This document shows, piece after piece, positions 23,856 through 32,000 of a DNA stretch of 32,000 bases (positions are counted from its first letter, which is position 1; each line of letters starts with the position of its first letter). The notes under the pieces are model-generated. The model was not told the DNA's origin. It ran no database searches and saw only the letters and a list, made by a program, of their open reading frames with translations. Both the position numbers and the translations under genes were made by a program. This stretch comes from Patescibacteria group bacterium. Its GTDB lineage: Bacteria > Patescibacteriota > Patescibacteriia > 2-01-FULL-39-33. The stretch lies in the NCBI GenBank assembly GCA_041649575.1, contig JBAZMW010000001.1, positions 1-32,000 on the forward strand, read 5' to 3'.

Positions 23856-23869
23856 AAAAAAGTAAAAAT

Positions 23870-24220
23870 ATGAAAGGAATATGGGAAGAATTTATAAAGC
23901 ATAATTTAGAGACATACCATAAAGGTACTATAGTAAAAATGAAAGATATAGGCAGAAAAGGTAAATTAATTTTTAAGTTAGTTAAGGATAGATTTTATTG
24001 CAGACAGTCTAATCTACCGCAAAAAGTTTTTTTTATTGATAAGCTAAAAAAGTTAAAACCAGAAGGGAGGATAGCTTATAGAAAGTTTTGGCACAATGGT
24101 GATATTGAATATCGTTTGGGTTATTATGTAATCAGTCAGTATGGTAAACGAAAAGGGCATTGGATGTTTGGTCAGTATAATCCGATTATGCCGCTAAGAG
24201 ATTTGGAAAAAATTTTGTAA
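23870..24220 (+). CDS. Hypothetical protein, 116 aa
   Basis: AT-rich ORF directly after the repeat; MKGIWEEFIKHNLETYHKGTIVKMKDIGRKGK...WHNGDIEYRLGYYVISQYGKRKGHWMFGQYNPIMPLRDLEKIL. Confidence 0.75.
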   Translation: MKGIWEEFIKHNLETYHKGTIVKMKDIGRKGKLIFKLVKDRFYCRQSNLPQKVFFIDKLKKLKPEGRIAYRKFWHNGDIEYRLGYYVISQYGKRKGHWMFGQYNPIMPLRDLEKIL

Positions 24221-24295
24221 GAGGCAAAAAATAAAGGAATCATAGATAAAAATTTTAAAATTGTTTGAAAATTGAAAATTTTTAAATTAAAAATT

Positions 24296-25459
24296 ATGTC
24301 TAAAATACTCGAAGGCTCCCGCGCAATTGCGGAGACAATTAAAAATATCAATGTGGGTGTAGTTTCGGCTTACCCGATTACGCCGCAGACGCATATCGTC
24401 GAAGAATTGGCCAAGCTGAAAGCCGATGGCCAAGCGGATTTTGAATATGTCAAAGCCGAGAGCGAGTTCGCGGCCATTTCCATACTGGTTGGCGCTTCGG
24501 CTGCGGGAGTACGCACTTATACTGCCACTTCGGCTCAAGGATTGTTGTTGATGACCGAGGTGCTCTATAATGTGGCCGGTATGCGACTGCCAATAGTGAT
24601 GACCGATGCCAATCGGGCCGTCTCGGCGCCGATAAATATTTGGAATGACCAGCAAGACGCCGTCACCATGCGCGATGCCGGCTGGATTATGATGTTTGGC
24701 GAGGACATTCAGGAAGTTTGCGATTTGCACGTCTTGGCTTATAAAATAGCGGAAAAATGTCTGCTTCCGGTGATGGTAAATTTGGACGGTTTTGTGCTGA
24801 CTCATGTGGTGGAGCCGGTGACAGTGCCGGAAATGGCAGAAATTAAGAAATATTTGCCGGATTTCAAGCTAGCAGAAAAATTGGATGTCAAAAATCCTTT
24901 GACTCTCGGCGCCTTCGCCACGCCAGCGCATTATATGGAAATCAGGCAGGAGTTGCACGACGATTTGGTCGCTTCAAAAAATATTATGGCCAAGGAAATG
25001 AAGGAGTTTAAAAAAGTTTTTGGCCGGTTGCTCACTCTGGTTGAATACTATGGCGATCAAAGTGCCGAGACAGTGATTATAGCTATGGGTTCGGTCTTGG
25101 GAACTATTAAGGAGACAGTCGATGAAATAAATAATTCTACAGGAGGGGCACACCATGGCGTGCCCGTACAAAAAGTCGGAGTTTTAAAGATTAGTTGTTT
25201 ACGGCCGTTTCCAGTTGAGGAAATTTTAAAATTAATCGGCGACAAGAAAAATATTGTGGTGATTGATAAATCTGTTTCTCTAGGCGAGGAAGGAACTTTG
25301 GCTGGTGAAATTCGTCGCGTTTTTTATGGCCGGTCCAAAGCCAACATCACCAGCGTGATTATGGGTTTGGGCGGCAGAGATATTACCAAGGAGACGATTC
25401 TGCAGGCAATTAATCTGGCTAAAAACAGAAACGATAAAGCAGTTTTTATTGGAAAATAA
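24296..25459 (+). CDS. porA: Pyruvate/2-oxoacid:ferredoxin oxidoreductase alpha subunit
   Basis: EGSRAIAETIKNINVGVVSAYPITPQTHIVEEL...VKAESEFAAISILVGASAAGVRTYTATSAQGLLLMTEVLYNVAG; ATG at 24296. Confidence 0.93.
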   Translation: MSKILEGSRAIAETIKNINVGVVSAYPITPQTHIVEELAKLKADGQADFEYVKAESEFAAISILVGASAAGVRTYTATSAQGLLLMTEVLYNVAGMRLPIVMTDANRAVSAPINIWNDQQDAVTMRDAGWIMMFGEDIQEVCDLHVLAYKIAEKCLLPVMVNLDGFVLTHVVEPVTVPEMAEIKKYLPDFKLAEKLDVKNPLTLGAFATPAHYMEIRQELHDDLVASKNIMAKEMKEFKKVFGRLLTLVEYYGDQSAETVIIAMGSVLGTIKETVDEINNSTGGAHHGVPVQKVGVLKISCLRPFPVEEILKLIGDKKNIVVIDKSVSLGEEGTLAGEIRRVFYGRSKANITSVIMGLGGRDITKETILQAINLAKNRNDKAVFIGK

Positions 25460-25460
25460 T

Positions 25461-26363
25461 ATGGAAAAGAAATATAAAGCACCGTTATCACATTTACTTA
25501 ACCCCGGCCACAGCGCTTGCGCTGGTTGCGGCATGATTATTGCTTATCGTTTGGTTTTGGACGCGGCTGGCCAAAACACCATTGTCACCAACGCCACCGG
25601 TTGTAGCGAAGTGACCACCACTCAATACCCGATGACGGCTTTTAAAGTGCCCTGGATTCATTCGTTGTTCGAAAATTCGTCTTCCCTGGCTTCGGGCATT
25701 TGGGCGGCTTTGAAATACCAGAAGAAAGATAAGGATATAAATATTATCGCGGTGGGCGGTGACGGCGCCACCTTTGACATTGGCTTCGCGCACATTTCCG
25801 GCATGTGGGAAAGGGGCGATAATGTTTTGTATGTCTGTTTTGACAATGAGGCTTACCAAAATACCGGTTATCAATATTCTAGCGCCACCCCACTGGACGC
25901 CAACACCTCCACCACGCCGCCGGGCAAGCGGTCACTGGGCAACCAGAGCTACAAAAAAGACATGATCAAAATAGCTCTGGCCCACAACCTGCCTTATGTG
26001 GCCACCGCTACCACCGGCTATCCGCTGGACATCGGCGTCAAAGTTAAAAAGGCGCTGGCTATAAAAGGGCCGAAATATTTACAGCTCCACACTCCTTGTG
26101 TGCCTGGCTGGGGTATTGAGCCCAAAGACACCATAAACGTGGCCAAGCTGGCGGTGCAATCCGGATTTTATCCTATTGTCGAGTACACAAATGGCGAATT
26201 GACTGGCAAGATAAAGATTACCAAAAAAGTACCAGTGGAAGAATTTTTAAAATTACAAAAAAGGTTTAAACATCTGTTTAGCTCGGAAGCAGGCAAGCTG
26301 GAGGTTGCTAAAATTCAAAAATTGGCGGACGAAAATATCAAAAAATTCGATTTAATTCAATAA
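25461..26363 (+). CDS. porB: Pyruvate/2-oxoacid:ferredoxin oxidoreductase beta subunit (TPP-binding)
   Basis: GHSACAGCGMIIAYRLVL, VGGDGATFDIGFAHISGMWERGDNVLYVCFDNEAYQNTGYQYSSATP. Confidence 0.95.
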   Translation: MEKKYKAPLSHLLNPGHSACAGCGMIIAYRLVLDAAGQNTIVTNATGCSEVTTTQYPMTAFKVPWIHSLFENSSSLASGIWAALKYQKKDKDINIIAVGGDGATFDIGFAHISGMWERGDNVLYVCFDNEAYQNTGYQYSSATPLDANTSTTPPGKRSLGNQSYKKDMIKIALAHNLPYVATATTGYPLDIGVKVKKALAIKGPKYLQLHTPCVPGWGIEPKDTINVAKLAVQSGFYPIVEYTNGELTGKIKITKKVPVEEFLKLQKRFKHLFSSEAGKLEVAKIQKLADENIKKFDLIQ

Positions 26364-26392
26364 TTAAACAAACTTTAGAGAGGAGGTGAAAA

Positions 26393-26824
26393 ATGTTATT
26401 AAGCTTAATGCAAATCCAGGCCAATATTAATATTGACCCGGAAAAGATGAAGCAACTGCAAGATCAGATAAATCAGCTATCGAACGCAGCCAACAGTCCG
26501 GCGGCCAAACAGGCGGTGAGCGGTTTGGCGATATTTGCCGGCTGGATGCTGGGTCTGGTGGTGGTACTGGGCATCATTATGTTAGTCATTACCATTATCA
26601 GCTTGATCGATATTTATCATTGGGGCATAACCGATAAAGCGCTTTTCGAGAAAGCCAAAGAAGAAAAAAAGAAATGGTTCATTAATTTGATTTTGATTCC
26701 CTTTATCGCCGGTGTAGTAATGATCATTCCTTTTGTCGGCTGGGTGATCGGCGGGGTGATGTATATTTATTGGTTGGTAATGGTTTTGGTATATTTTTTC
26801 GGGGTGCGCAAGAAACTGGTTTAA
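26393..26824 (+). CDS. Hypothetical membrane protein (about 3 TM)
   Basis: Strong SD (AGAGAGGAGGTGAAAAATG); hydrophobic segments; 143 aa. Confidence 0.85.
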   Translation: MLLSLMQIQANINIDPEKMKQLQDQINQLSNAANSPAAKQAVSGLAIFAGWMLGLVVVLGIIMLVITIISLIDIYHWGITDKALFEKAKEEKKKWFINLILIPFIAGVVMIIPFVGWVIGGVMYIYWLVMVLVYFFGVRKKLV

Positions 26825-26834
26825 TAAAAAAGTT

Positions 26835-26872
26835 TATTAAAATTCCCCCGATTAATCGGGGGAATTTTAATA
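26835..26872. terminator. Terminator-like 38-bp perfect palindrome
   Basis: TATTAAAATTCCCCCGATTAATCGGGGGAATTTTAATA is exactly self-complementary. Confidence 0.9.
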
Positions 26873-26930
26873 TTGACAAAGGCAAATCTTTTTAGTAAAA
26901 CCGACATCCCTAGTTTTTTCCTATAATCTT

Positions 26931-26959
26931 TTGACACCCTTGACTTTTTCCTGTATAAT
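26931..26959 (+). promoter_or_regulatory. Consensus sigma70 promoter for uvrA
   Basis: TTGACA (26931-26936), 17-nt spacer, TATAAT (26954-26959), 47 nt upstream of the uvrA ATG. Confidence 0.85.
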
Positions 26960-27005
26960 AAACGTTAATTTAAAAACTTAAAAATATTGTTTTAAGCGAC
27001 AGGCC

Positions 27006-29879
27006 ATGAAAGATAAGATTTCTATCCACGGAGCGCGAGTCAATAATTTGAAGAATATTGATATTGATTTGCCCAAAAATAAATTAGTGGTGATCACCGG
27101 GCTCTCCGGCTCGGGCAAATCGTCTTTGGCTTTTGATACCGTTTATGCCGAAGGGCAGAGGCGTTATGCCGAGAGTTTATCCGCTTACGCCAAGCAATTT
27201 CTGGATTTGATGGACAAGCCGGACGTCGACAGCATTGAAGGCATGTCGCCAACCGTTGCCATTGATCAAAAATCGTCTTCCGCCAATCCGCGTTCCACGG
27301 TGGGGACAATCACGGAAATCTATGATTATTTGAGGTTGCTTTATGCCAAAGTGGGAGTTGTCCATTGCCATTTGTGCGGCCAGGAGGTGAAAAAACAAAC
27401 CCCCGATCAGATTTTGGAACAGCTTCTAAAATTACCGGCTGATTCAAGGGTTCAGATTTTGGCGCCGGTGGTCTTTAATAAGAAAGGCACGCACACCAAA
27501 CAAATCGAAGCCATCGCCAAAGCCAATTACGAATTGTTGCGTATTGATGGTCATTTTTACAATATTGACGAGGCCAAGCAATTGAACTTGGACAAAAATT
27601 TCAGTCATACCATCGAAGTTTTGATCGACAGTTTAAGTTTGACCAGCGGTATCAGCAGTCGCGACAAAGAAGACGTTGACTGGCAGCGTCTAAATAAAGC
27701 CATCATGCTGGCCCTGGATTATGGCAACGGTTTTATCAATGTTCATCTGCCGGAAAGCGACAAAGACTTGCCTTTCAATTTGTATTATGTTTGCCATCGT
27801 TGCGGCATTAGCATTGCCGAAGTGGAGCCGCGGAGTTTTTCTTTTAATTCGCCTTTTGGCGCCTGCCCGGCTTGCCGGGGGCTGGGTATAAAATTGGTGC
27901 CGGACAGGGATTTGATCATTCCCAACAAAAGACTGACTTTGGCCGAAGGCGCCATTAAGCCCTGGTCCAGAAATTTCGCCTCGCAAAATTCCAATTTTAA
28001 GTTGTTGGAAAAAGTAGCCCAGAAAAATAATTTCAGCCTGAATTCTCCGGTAGCGGAATTACCCGACAGGGCGCTGGAGATTATTTTTAACGGCAGCGGT
28101 GACGAGGTCTATGAAGTCGACGGTCTGTCGAAGACCGAGGCGAGAAGAAAAATGGTTTTTGAAGGCGTGATAAAGTTTTTGGACAATAAATACAGTGAAA
28201 CTAAATCGGAATATCTGCAAAAAACACTGGAAGACTACATGAGAATTTCCACTTGCCCGGTTTGTCATGGTACCAGATTAAAACCAGAAAGCCTGGCAGT
28301 CAAAGTGGTGGACAAAAACATCGCTCAAGTCAGCGGCTTGGATGTTGATCGGTTGTTAGAATTTTTTAATGACCTGGAAAAGAAGTGGAAAGCGACTTCG
28401 CGCGAAGGAAAAATTTCCAAGCAGATTTTTAGGGAAATCACCAAAAAGTTGGGTTTTTTGAAAAACGTCGGACTAGACTATTTGACTTTAAGCCGCAGCG
28501 CTACCACCTTGGCCGGCGGCGAAGCCCAGCGCATAAAGCTGGCGACGCAAATCGGCTCGGGTTTGGAGGGAGTGGTTTATATTCTCGATGAGCCGTCAAT
28601 TGGCCTGCACGCCAGGGACAATGGAAAATTAATCGACACTCTGAAGAAGTTGCGCGACAAAGGCAATTCGGTGATTGTGGTGGAACACGACGAGCAGATG
28701 ATGCGGGCCGCGGATTATCTTATCGATATCGGACCGGGCGCGGGAATTTATGGCGGAGAGATTGTGGCCGAGGGTACTTTTGACCAAGTCAAAAAAAATA
28801 AAAAATCCATTACCGGCCAGTACTTGTCGGGAGTCAAAAGAGTGGAAATCAAAAAAGAATTGCATCAGGGCAATGGCAAAGCCATCAAAATTATCGGCGC
28901 CAGTGAGTTTAATCTGAAAAATATTGACGTCGAGATTCCGCTGGGCAAGCTGGTTTGCATCACCGGCGTCTCCGGCAGCGGCAAGTCGACTTTAATGACA
29001 GAAATTTTAGCCAAAGCTCTGGCTAATCGTTTTTACCGCACCAAGGATTTGCCGGGCAAACACAAGGAAATCAGAGGTTTGGATAATCTAGACAAGGTGA
29101 TAGACATTGATCAGTCACCCATTGGCCGCACGCCACGCAGTAATCCAGCCACGTACACGGGGGTGTTTACTTACGTCCGTGATTTGTACGCTAATTTACC
29201 GGAGAGCAAGGTGCGCGGCTTCAAGCAAGGCCATTTCAGTTTTAACGTTAAGGGCGGCGGTCGTTGCGAGACCTGTGCTGGTGACGGCTTGGTGAAAATC
29301 GAGATGCAATTTTTGCCAGATGTCTATGTGGAATGCGAGGAATGTCATGGCAAGAGATATAACAAGCAGGCGCTGGAAATCCATTATCGGGGCCAGGACA
29401 TCTCCGATGTTTTGCAAATGTCGGTGGCCGAAGCCAAAAAGTTTTTTACCCTTAATCAACAGATAGTCGACAAGCTGAATATCCTGGAAGAAGTTGGTTT
29501 GGGTTATTTAAAGCTGGGGCAAAGCGCCACCACACTCTCGGGCGGCGAAGCGCAAAGAGTGAAATTGGCTACCGAATTATCACGTCGTCCCACTGGCAGA
29601 ACTTTATATATTCTCGACGAGCCGACCACCGGTTTGCATTTTGATGATATAAAGAGATTATTGCAGGTGTTAAATTGCCTGGTGGAAAAAGGCAATTCGG
29701 TGTTGATCATAGAGCATAATTTAGATGTGATCAAATCCGCCGACTGGATTATTGATTTGGGGCCGGAAGGCGGCAACCATGGCGGCGAAGTGGTGGCCGA
29801 GGGCACGCCCCAGGCGGTGGCCAAAATAAAAAATAGTTATACCGGCCAGTATTTGAAAAAAATTTTAAAACAAGCTTAA
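27006..29879 (+). CDS. uvrA: Excinuclease ABC subunit A
   Basis: [37 protein letters not shown]; CHLCGQEV and CPVCHG zinc motifs; [15 protein letters not shown]; [18 protein letters not shown]. Confidence 0.99.
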   Translation: MKDKISIHGARVNNLKNIDIDLPKNKLVVITGLSGSGKSSLAFDTVYAEGQRRYAESLSAYAKQFLDLMDKPDVDSIEGMSPTVAIDQKSSSANPRSTVGTITEIYDYLRLLYAKVGVVHCHLCGQEVKKQTPDQILEQLLKLPADSRVQILAPVVFNKKGTHTKQIEAIAKANYELLRIDGHFYNIDEAKQLNLDKNFSHTIEVLIDSLSLTSGISSRDKEDVDWQRLNKAIMLALDYGNGFINVHLPESDKDLPFNLYYVCHRCGISIAEVEPRSFSFNSPFGACPACRGLGIKLVPDRDLIIPNKRLTLAEGAIKPWSRNFASQNSNFKLLEKVAQKNNFSLNSPVAELPDRALEIIFNGSGDEVYEVDGLSKTEARRKMVFEGVIKFLDNKYSETKSEYLQKTLEDYMRISTCPVCHGTRLKPESLAVKVVDKNIAQVSGLDVDRLLEFFNDLEKKWKATSREGKISKQIFREITKKLGFLKNVGLDYLTLSRSATTLAGGEAQRIKLATQIGSGLEGVVYILDEPSIGLHARDNGKLIDTLKKLRDKGNSVIVVEHDEQMMRAADYLIDIGPGAGIYGGEIVAEGTFDQVKKNKKSITGQYLSGVKRVEIKKELHQGNGKAIKIIGASEFNLKNIDVEIPLGKLVCITGVSGSGKSTLMTEILAKALANRFYRTKDLPGKHKEIRGLDNLDKVIDIDQSPIGRTPRSNPATYTGVFTYVRDLYANLPESKVRGFKQGHFSFNVKGGGRCETCAGDGLVKIEMQFLPDVYVECEECHGKRYNKQALEIHYRGQDISDVLQMSVAEAKKFFTLNQQIVDKLNILEEVGLGYLKLGQSATTLSGGEAQRVKLATELSRRPTGRTLYILDEPTTGLHFDDIKRLLQVLNCLVEKGNSVLIIEHNLDVIKSADWIIDLGPEGGNHGGEVVAEGTPQAVAKIKNSYTGQYLKKILKQA

Positions 29880-29883
29880 ATTA

Positions 29884-29910
29884 AAAAAATCCGCTCAACG
29901 CGGATTTTTT
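29884..29910. terminator. Bidirectional terminator between uvrA and the convergent gene
   Basis: AAAAAATCCGC-TCAAC-GCGGATTTTTT. Confidence 0.93.
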
Positions 29911-29924
29911 GAAAATCAATAGAT

Positions 29925-30908
29925 TTAGATTACACCGCAGGCGATAACCGCTTCTCCCGGCAGGGCAACCGCCGAATCAGCATGGCCCAAAATCACGCAA
30001 TCATTAGTGGCGAATAAAGTTTCCTTTAGTTCGCCAAAAACATTATAAACCCTTGCCAAGACCTGCTTCTTTTTTACCACTTGCCCCGGCTTGACTATAA
30101 AACGGATAATGCCGGAAGTAGAGACAACCGGCTGGTGGGAGTATTTTAAAATTTTATTTCTTAATTTTGGCGGTATGGAGAAGCCAAGGTTGTTGTCGGA
30201 TTCCTTGCTCATACCCAATTCTTTTAGTAATTTGAAAATAGACTTAACTCCCTCGGCGACGATTTTTTCGTCAATAGTGTAGGCGCCACCCAGCTCAATA
30301 GTCAGGGCCGGTATATTTTCTCTAATCAAGCTTCCAGAGAGAGTTTTTTTTAAAATTTTGTCTTCTTCCGGATCTTTGCCCTCATCAATAACCAAAAAAC
30401 CAGTATGCAAGCTTAATTTTTTTGTTTTTTCGTAAGCTTCTCTATACTTATTCCCCGGGTAGGGATCGATGATGGTGTAAGGGATCGACTGAAGCCAGTC
30501 GTTGTGCAGATCCAAAACCAAGTTGGGCTTGGTTTTTAAAATAGTGGTAAAAATTTTGTCGGTAATCCTTTCAACCAGAGAGCCATTTTTATCGCCGGGA
30601 AAAGAGCGGTTCAAGTCTTCTTGCACCACTCCCAGATTGCGAGAAACCATTTCAAAGCCCACCGGGTTCATTAAAGGAAAAGCAAAAAGAGATCCCCTGA
30701 GCAGCGGTCTGTTTTTTATTTTTTTGAAAACTTCCTGAATAACAGCGATGCCGCCCACTTCGTCTCCATGAATGCAACCGGTAAGCCAGACAACCGGTCC
30801 GGGATTTTTGCTTTTGGCCGACATTAAAGCCAGGCGCCTGTAAGATAAATCGGAGCCAGTTAGTATTTTAATAAAAGAATGGTTTATTTTTTGCTTAGTT
30901 TTTTTCAT
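29925..30908 (-). CDS. Succinylglutamate desuccinylase/aspartoacylase (M14-like) family protein
   Basis: [48 protein letters not shown]; likely start at ATG 30908 within the 30932 ORF. Confidence 0.87.
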   Translation of the reverse strand: MKKTKQKINHSFIKILTGSDLSYRRLALMSAKSKNPGPVVWLTGCIHGDEVGGIAVIQEVFKKIKNRPLLRGSLFAFPLMNPVGFEMVSRNLGVVQEDLNRSFPGDKNGSLVERITDKIFTTILKTKPNLVLDLHNDWLQSIPYTIIDPYPGNKYREAYEKTKKLSLHTGFLVIDEGKDPEEDKILKKTLSGSLIRENIPALTIELGGAYTIDEKIVAEGVKSIFKLLKELGMSKESDNNLGFSIPPKLRNKILKYSHQPVVSTSGIIRFIVKPGQVVKKKQVLARVYNVFGELKETLFATNDCVILGHADSAVALPGEAVIACGVI

Positions 30909-31020
30909 AAGATTTGTCTTTAATAGTAGCATTTTTTGCTATTTTTGTCCAGAACTTCAGCTAAAGTTGAAAAAAACAAATTTTTATGGTAATTTTAAAA
31001 ACATAACGGTTAATTTTACT

Positions 31021-32000
31021 ATGTCTACTTATAAAGAGTTTTTAGATGGTGACGGTGAAAAGAAGTGGCAAGACTATTGGGAGCAAAAAAAATTATTTGC
31101 GGCCAATGATTTTGACGACCGGCCCAAGTATTATGCCTTGATAGAATTTCCTTATCCTTCGGCCGAGGGTTTGCACGTAGGTCATCCGCGCAGTTATACC
31201 GCGCTTGATATTGTGGCTAGAAAAAGACGGATGCAGGGTTTTAATGTGCTATACCCAATTGGTTTTGACGCTTTTGGACTACCGGCAGAAAATTTTGCTA
31301 TCAAAACCGGGACCCATCCGAAAATTCAAACCGATAAGAATATCGACAATTACCGTCGACAACTCAAATCGATCGGTTTTTCTTTTGATTGGGACAGGGA
31401 AGTCAATACGACCGATCCCAAGTATTACAAATGGACGCAGTGGATTTTTTTACAGCTGTTCAAACACGGCTTGGCTTACAAAGCGGAAGTGCCGATTAAT
31501 TTTTGTACCTCTTGCAAGGTAGGTTTAGCAAATGAGGAAGTGGTGGGTGGTAATTGCGAACGTTGTGGCGGTGAGGTGGTCAAAAAGATTAAAAGCCAGT
31601 GGATGCTAAAAATCACCGACTATGCCCAGCGGTTGGACAAAGATTTAGACCAGGTAGATTTTTTGGAAAAAATAAAAATTCAGCAACGGAATTGGATTGG
31701 CAAGAGCGAAGGAGCGGAAGTTGATTTTGCAATTAGTGGTAGTGAGGAAAAAATAAAAGTCTATACTACTCGGCCGGACACTTTGTTTGGCGCGACCTAC
31801 ATGGTGCTTTCTCCAGAGCACGAGCTGGTACAAAAATTAAAGGATAAAATTAGCAATTTTCAGGAGGTCGAAAATTATCTTAGTGAGGCGGCCAAGAAAT
31901 CTGATTTGGAACGCACTGAACTCAACAAAGAAAAAACCGGCGTGGAGTTAAAAGGAATTAAGGCGATAAACCCAGTTAATAATGAAGAGATTCCGATTTG
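31021..32000 (+). CDS. leuS: Leucyl-tRNA synthetase, 5' part (continues past window)
   Basis: Manual translation [26 protein letters not shown]...[59 protein letters not shown]...; frame open to window end. Confidence 0.97.
   Translation, partial: MSTYKEFLDGDGEKKWQDYWEQKKLFAANDFDDRPKYYALIEFPYPSAEGLHVGHPRSYTALDIVARKRRMQGFNVLYPIGFDAFGLPAENFAIKTGTHPKIQTDKNIDNYRRQLKSIGFSFDWDREVNTTDPKYYKWTQWIFLQLFKHGLAYKAEVPINFCTSCKVGLANEEVVGGNCERCGGEVVKKIKSQWMLKITDYAQRLDKDLDQVDFLEKIKIQQRNWIGKSEGAEVDFAISGSEEKIKVYTTRPDTLFGATYMVLSPEHELVQKLKDKISNFQEVENYLSEAAKKSDLERTELNKEKTGVELKGIKAINPVNNEEIPI

Overview
The window is about 32 kb of a small-genome bacterium. It looks Patescibacteria/CPR-like, which is an inference from gene content and protein style only. 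Most of it is housekeeping: THUMP/TRM11-like RNA methylase, CapA-like protein, YchF, DEDDh exonuclease, FolD-GlyA, a surface beta-helix protein, NUDIX, Elp3-like radical SAM/GNAT, Trm9-like methyltransferase, phosphomannomutase, TrpS, RNase J, tRNA-Leu(CAG), a solute-binding protein, SecG, a DsbA-like protein, a four-subunit pyruvate/2-oxoacid:ferredoxin oxidoreductase, UvrA, an AstE/aspartoacylase-like protein and the 5' part of LeuS. The most interesting region is about 11.87-12.72 kb. A tiny GIY-YIG nuclease ORF is bracketed by inverted REP-like repeats (GTCATYGCGAGG...GATCCC / GGGATTGC...CGCAATGAC). It sits between divergent Elp3-like and Trm9-like genes. A further REPIN-like copy (about 114 bp, 38 codons) lies in frame inside the Trm9-like gene, and one arm appears to supply the Elp3 N-terminus. 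Other notable features are: (i) a second, ~190-200 bp structured palindromic repeat in two copies (16500-16703 and 23670-23855), one carrying an extra perfect hairpin in its loop and the other splitting the oxidoreductase operon; (ii) GC-rich single-gene cassettes with near-consensus promoters and their own terminators, one encoding a very divergent xylose-isomerase-like protein with an apparent Asp-to-His change at one metal ligand; (iii) a beta-helix surface protein with a Cys-rich tail. No CRISPR array, rRNA or obvious defence island was seen.
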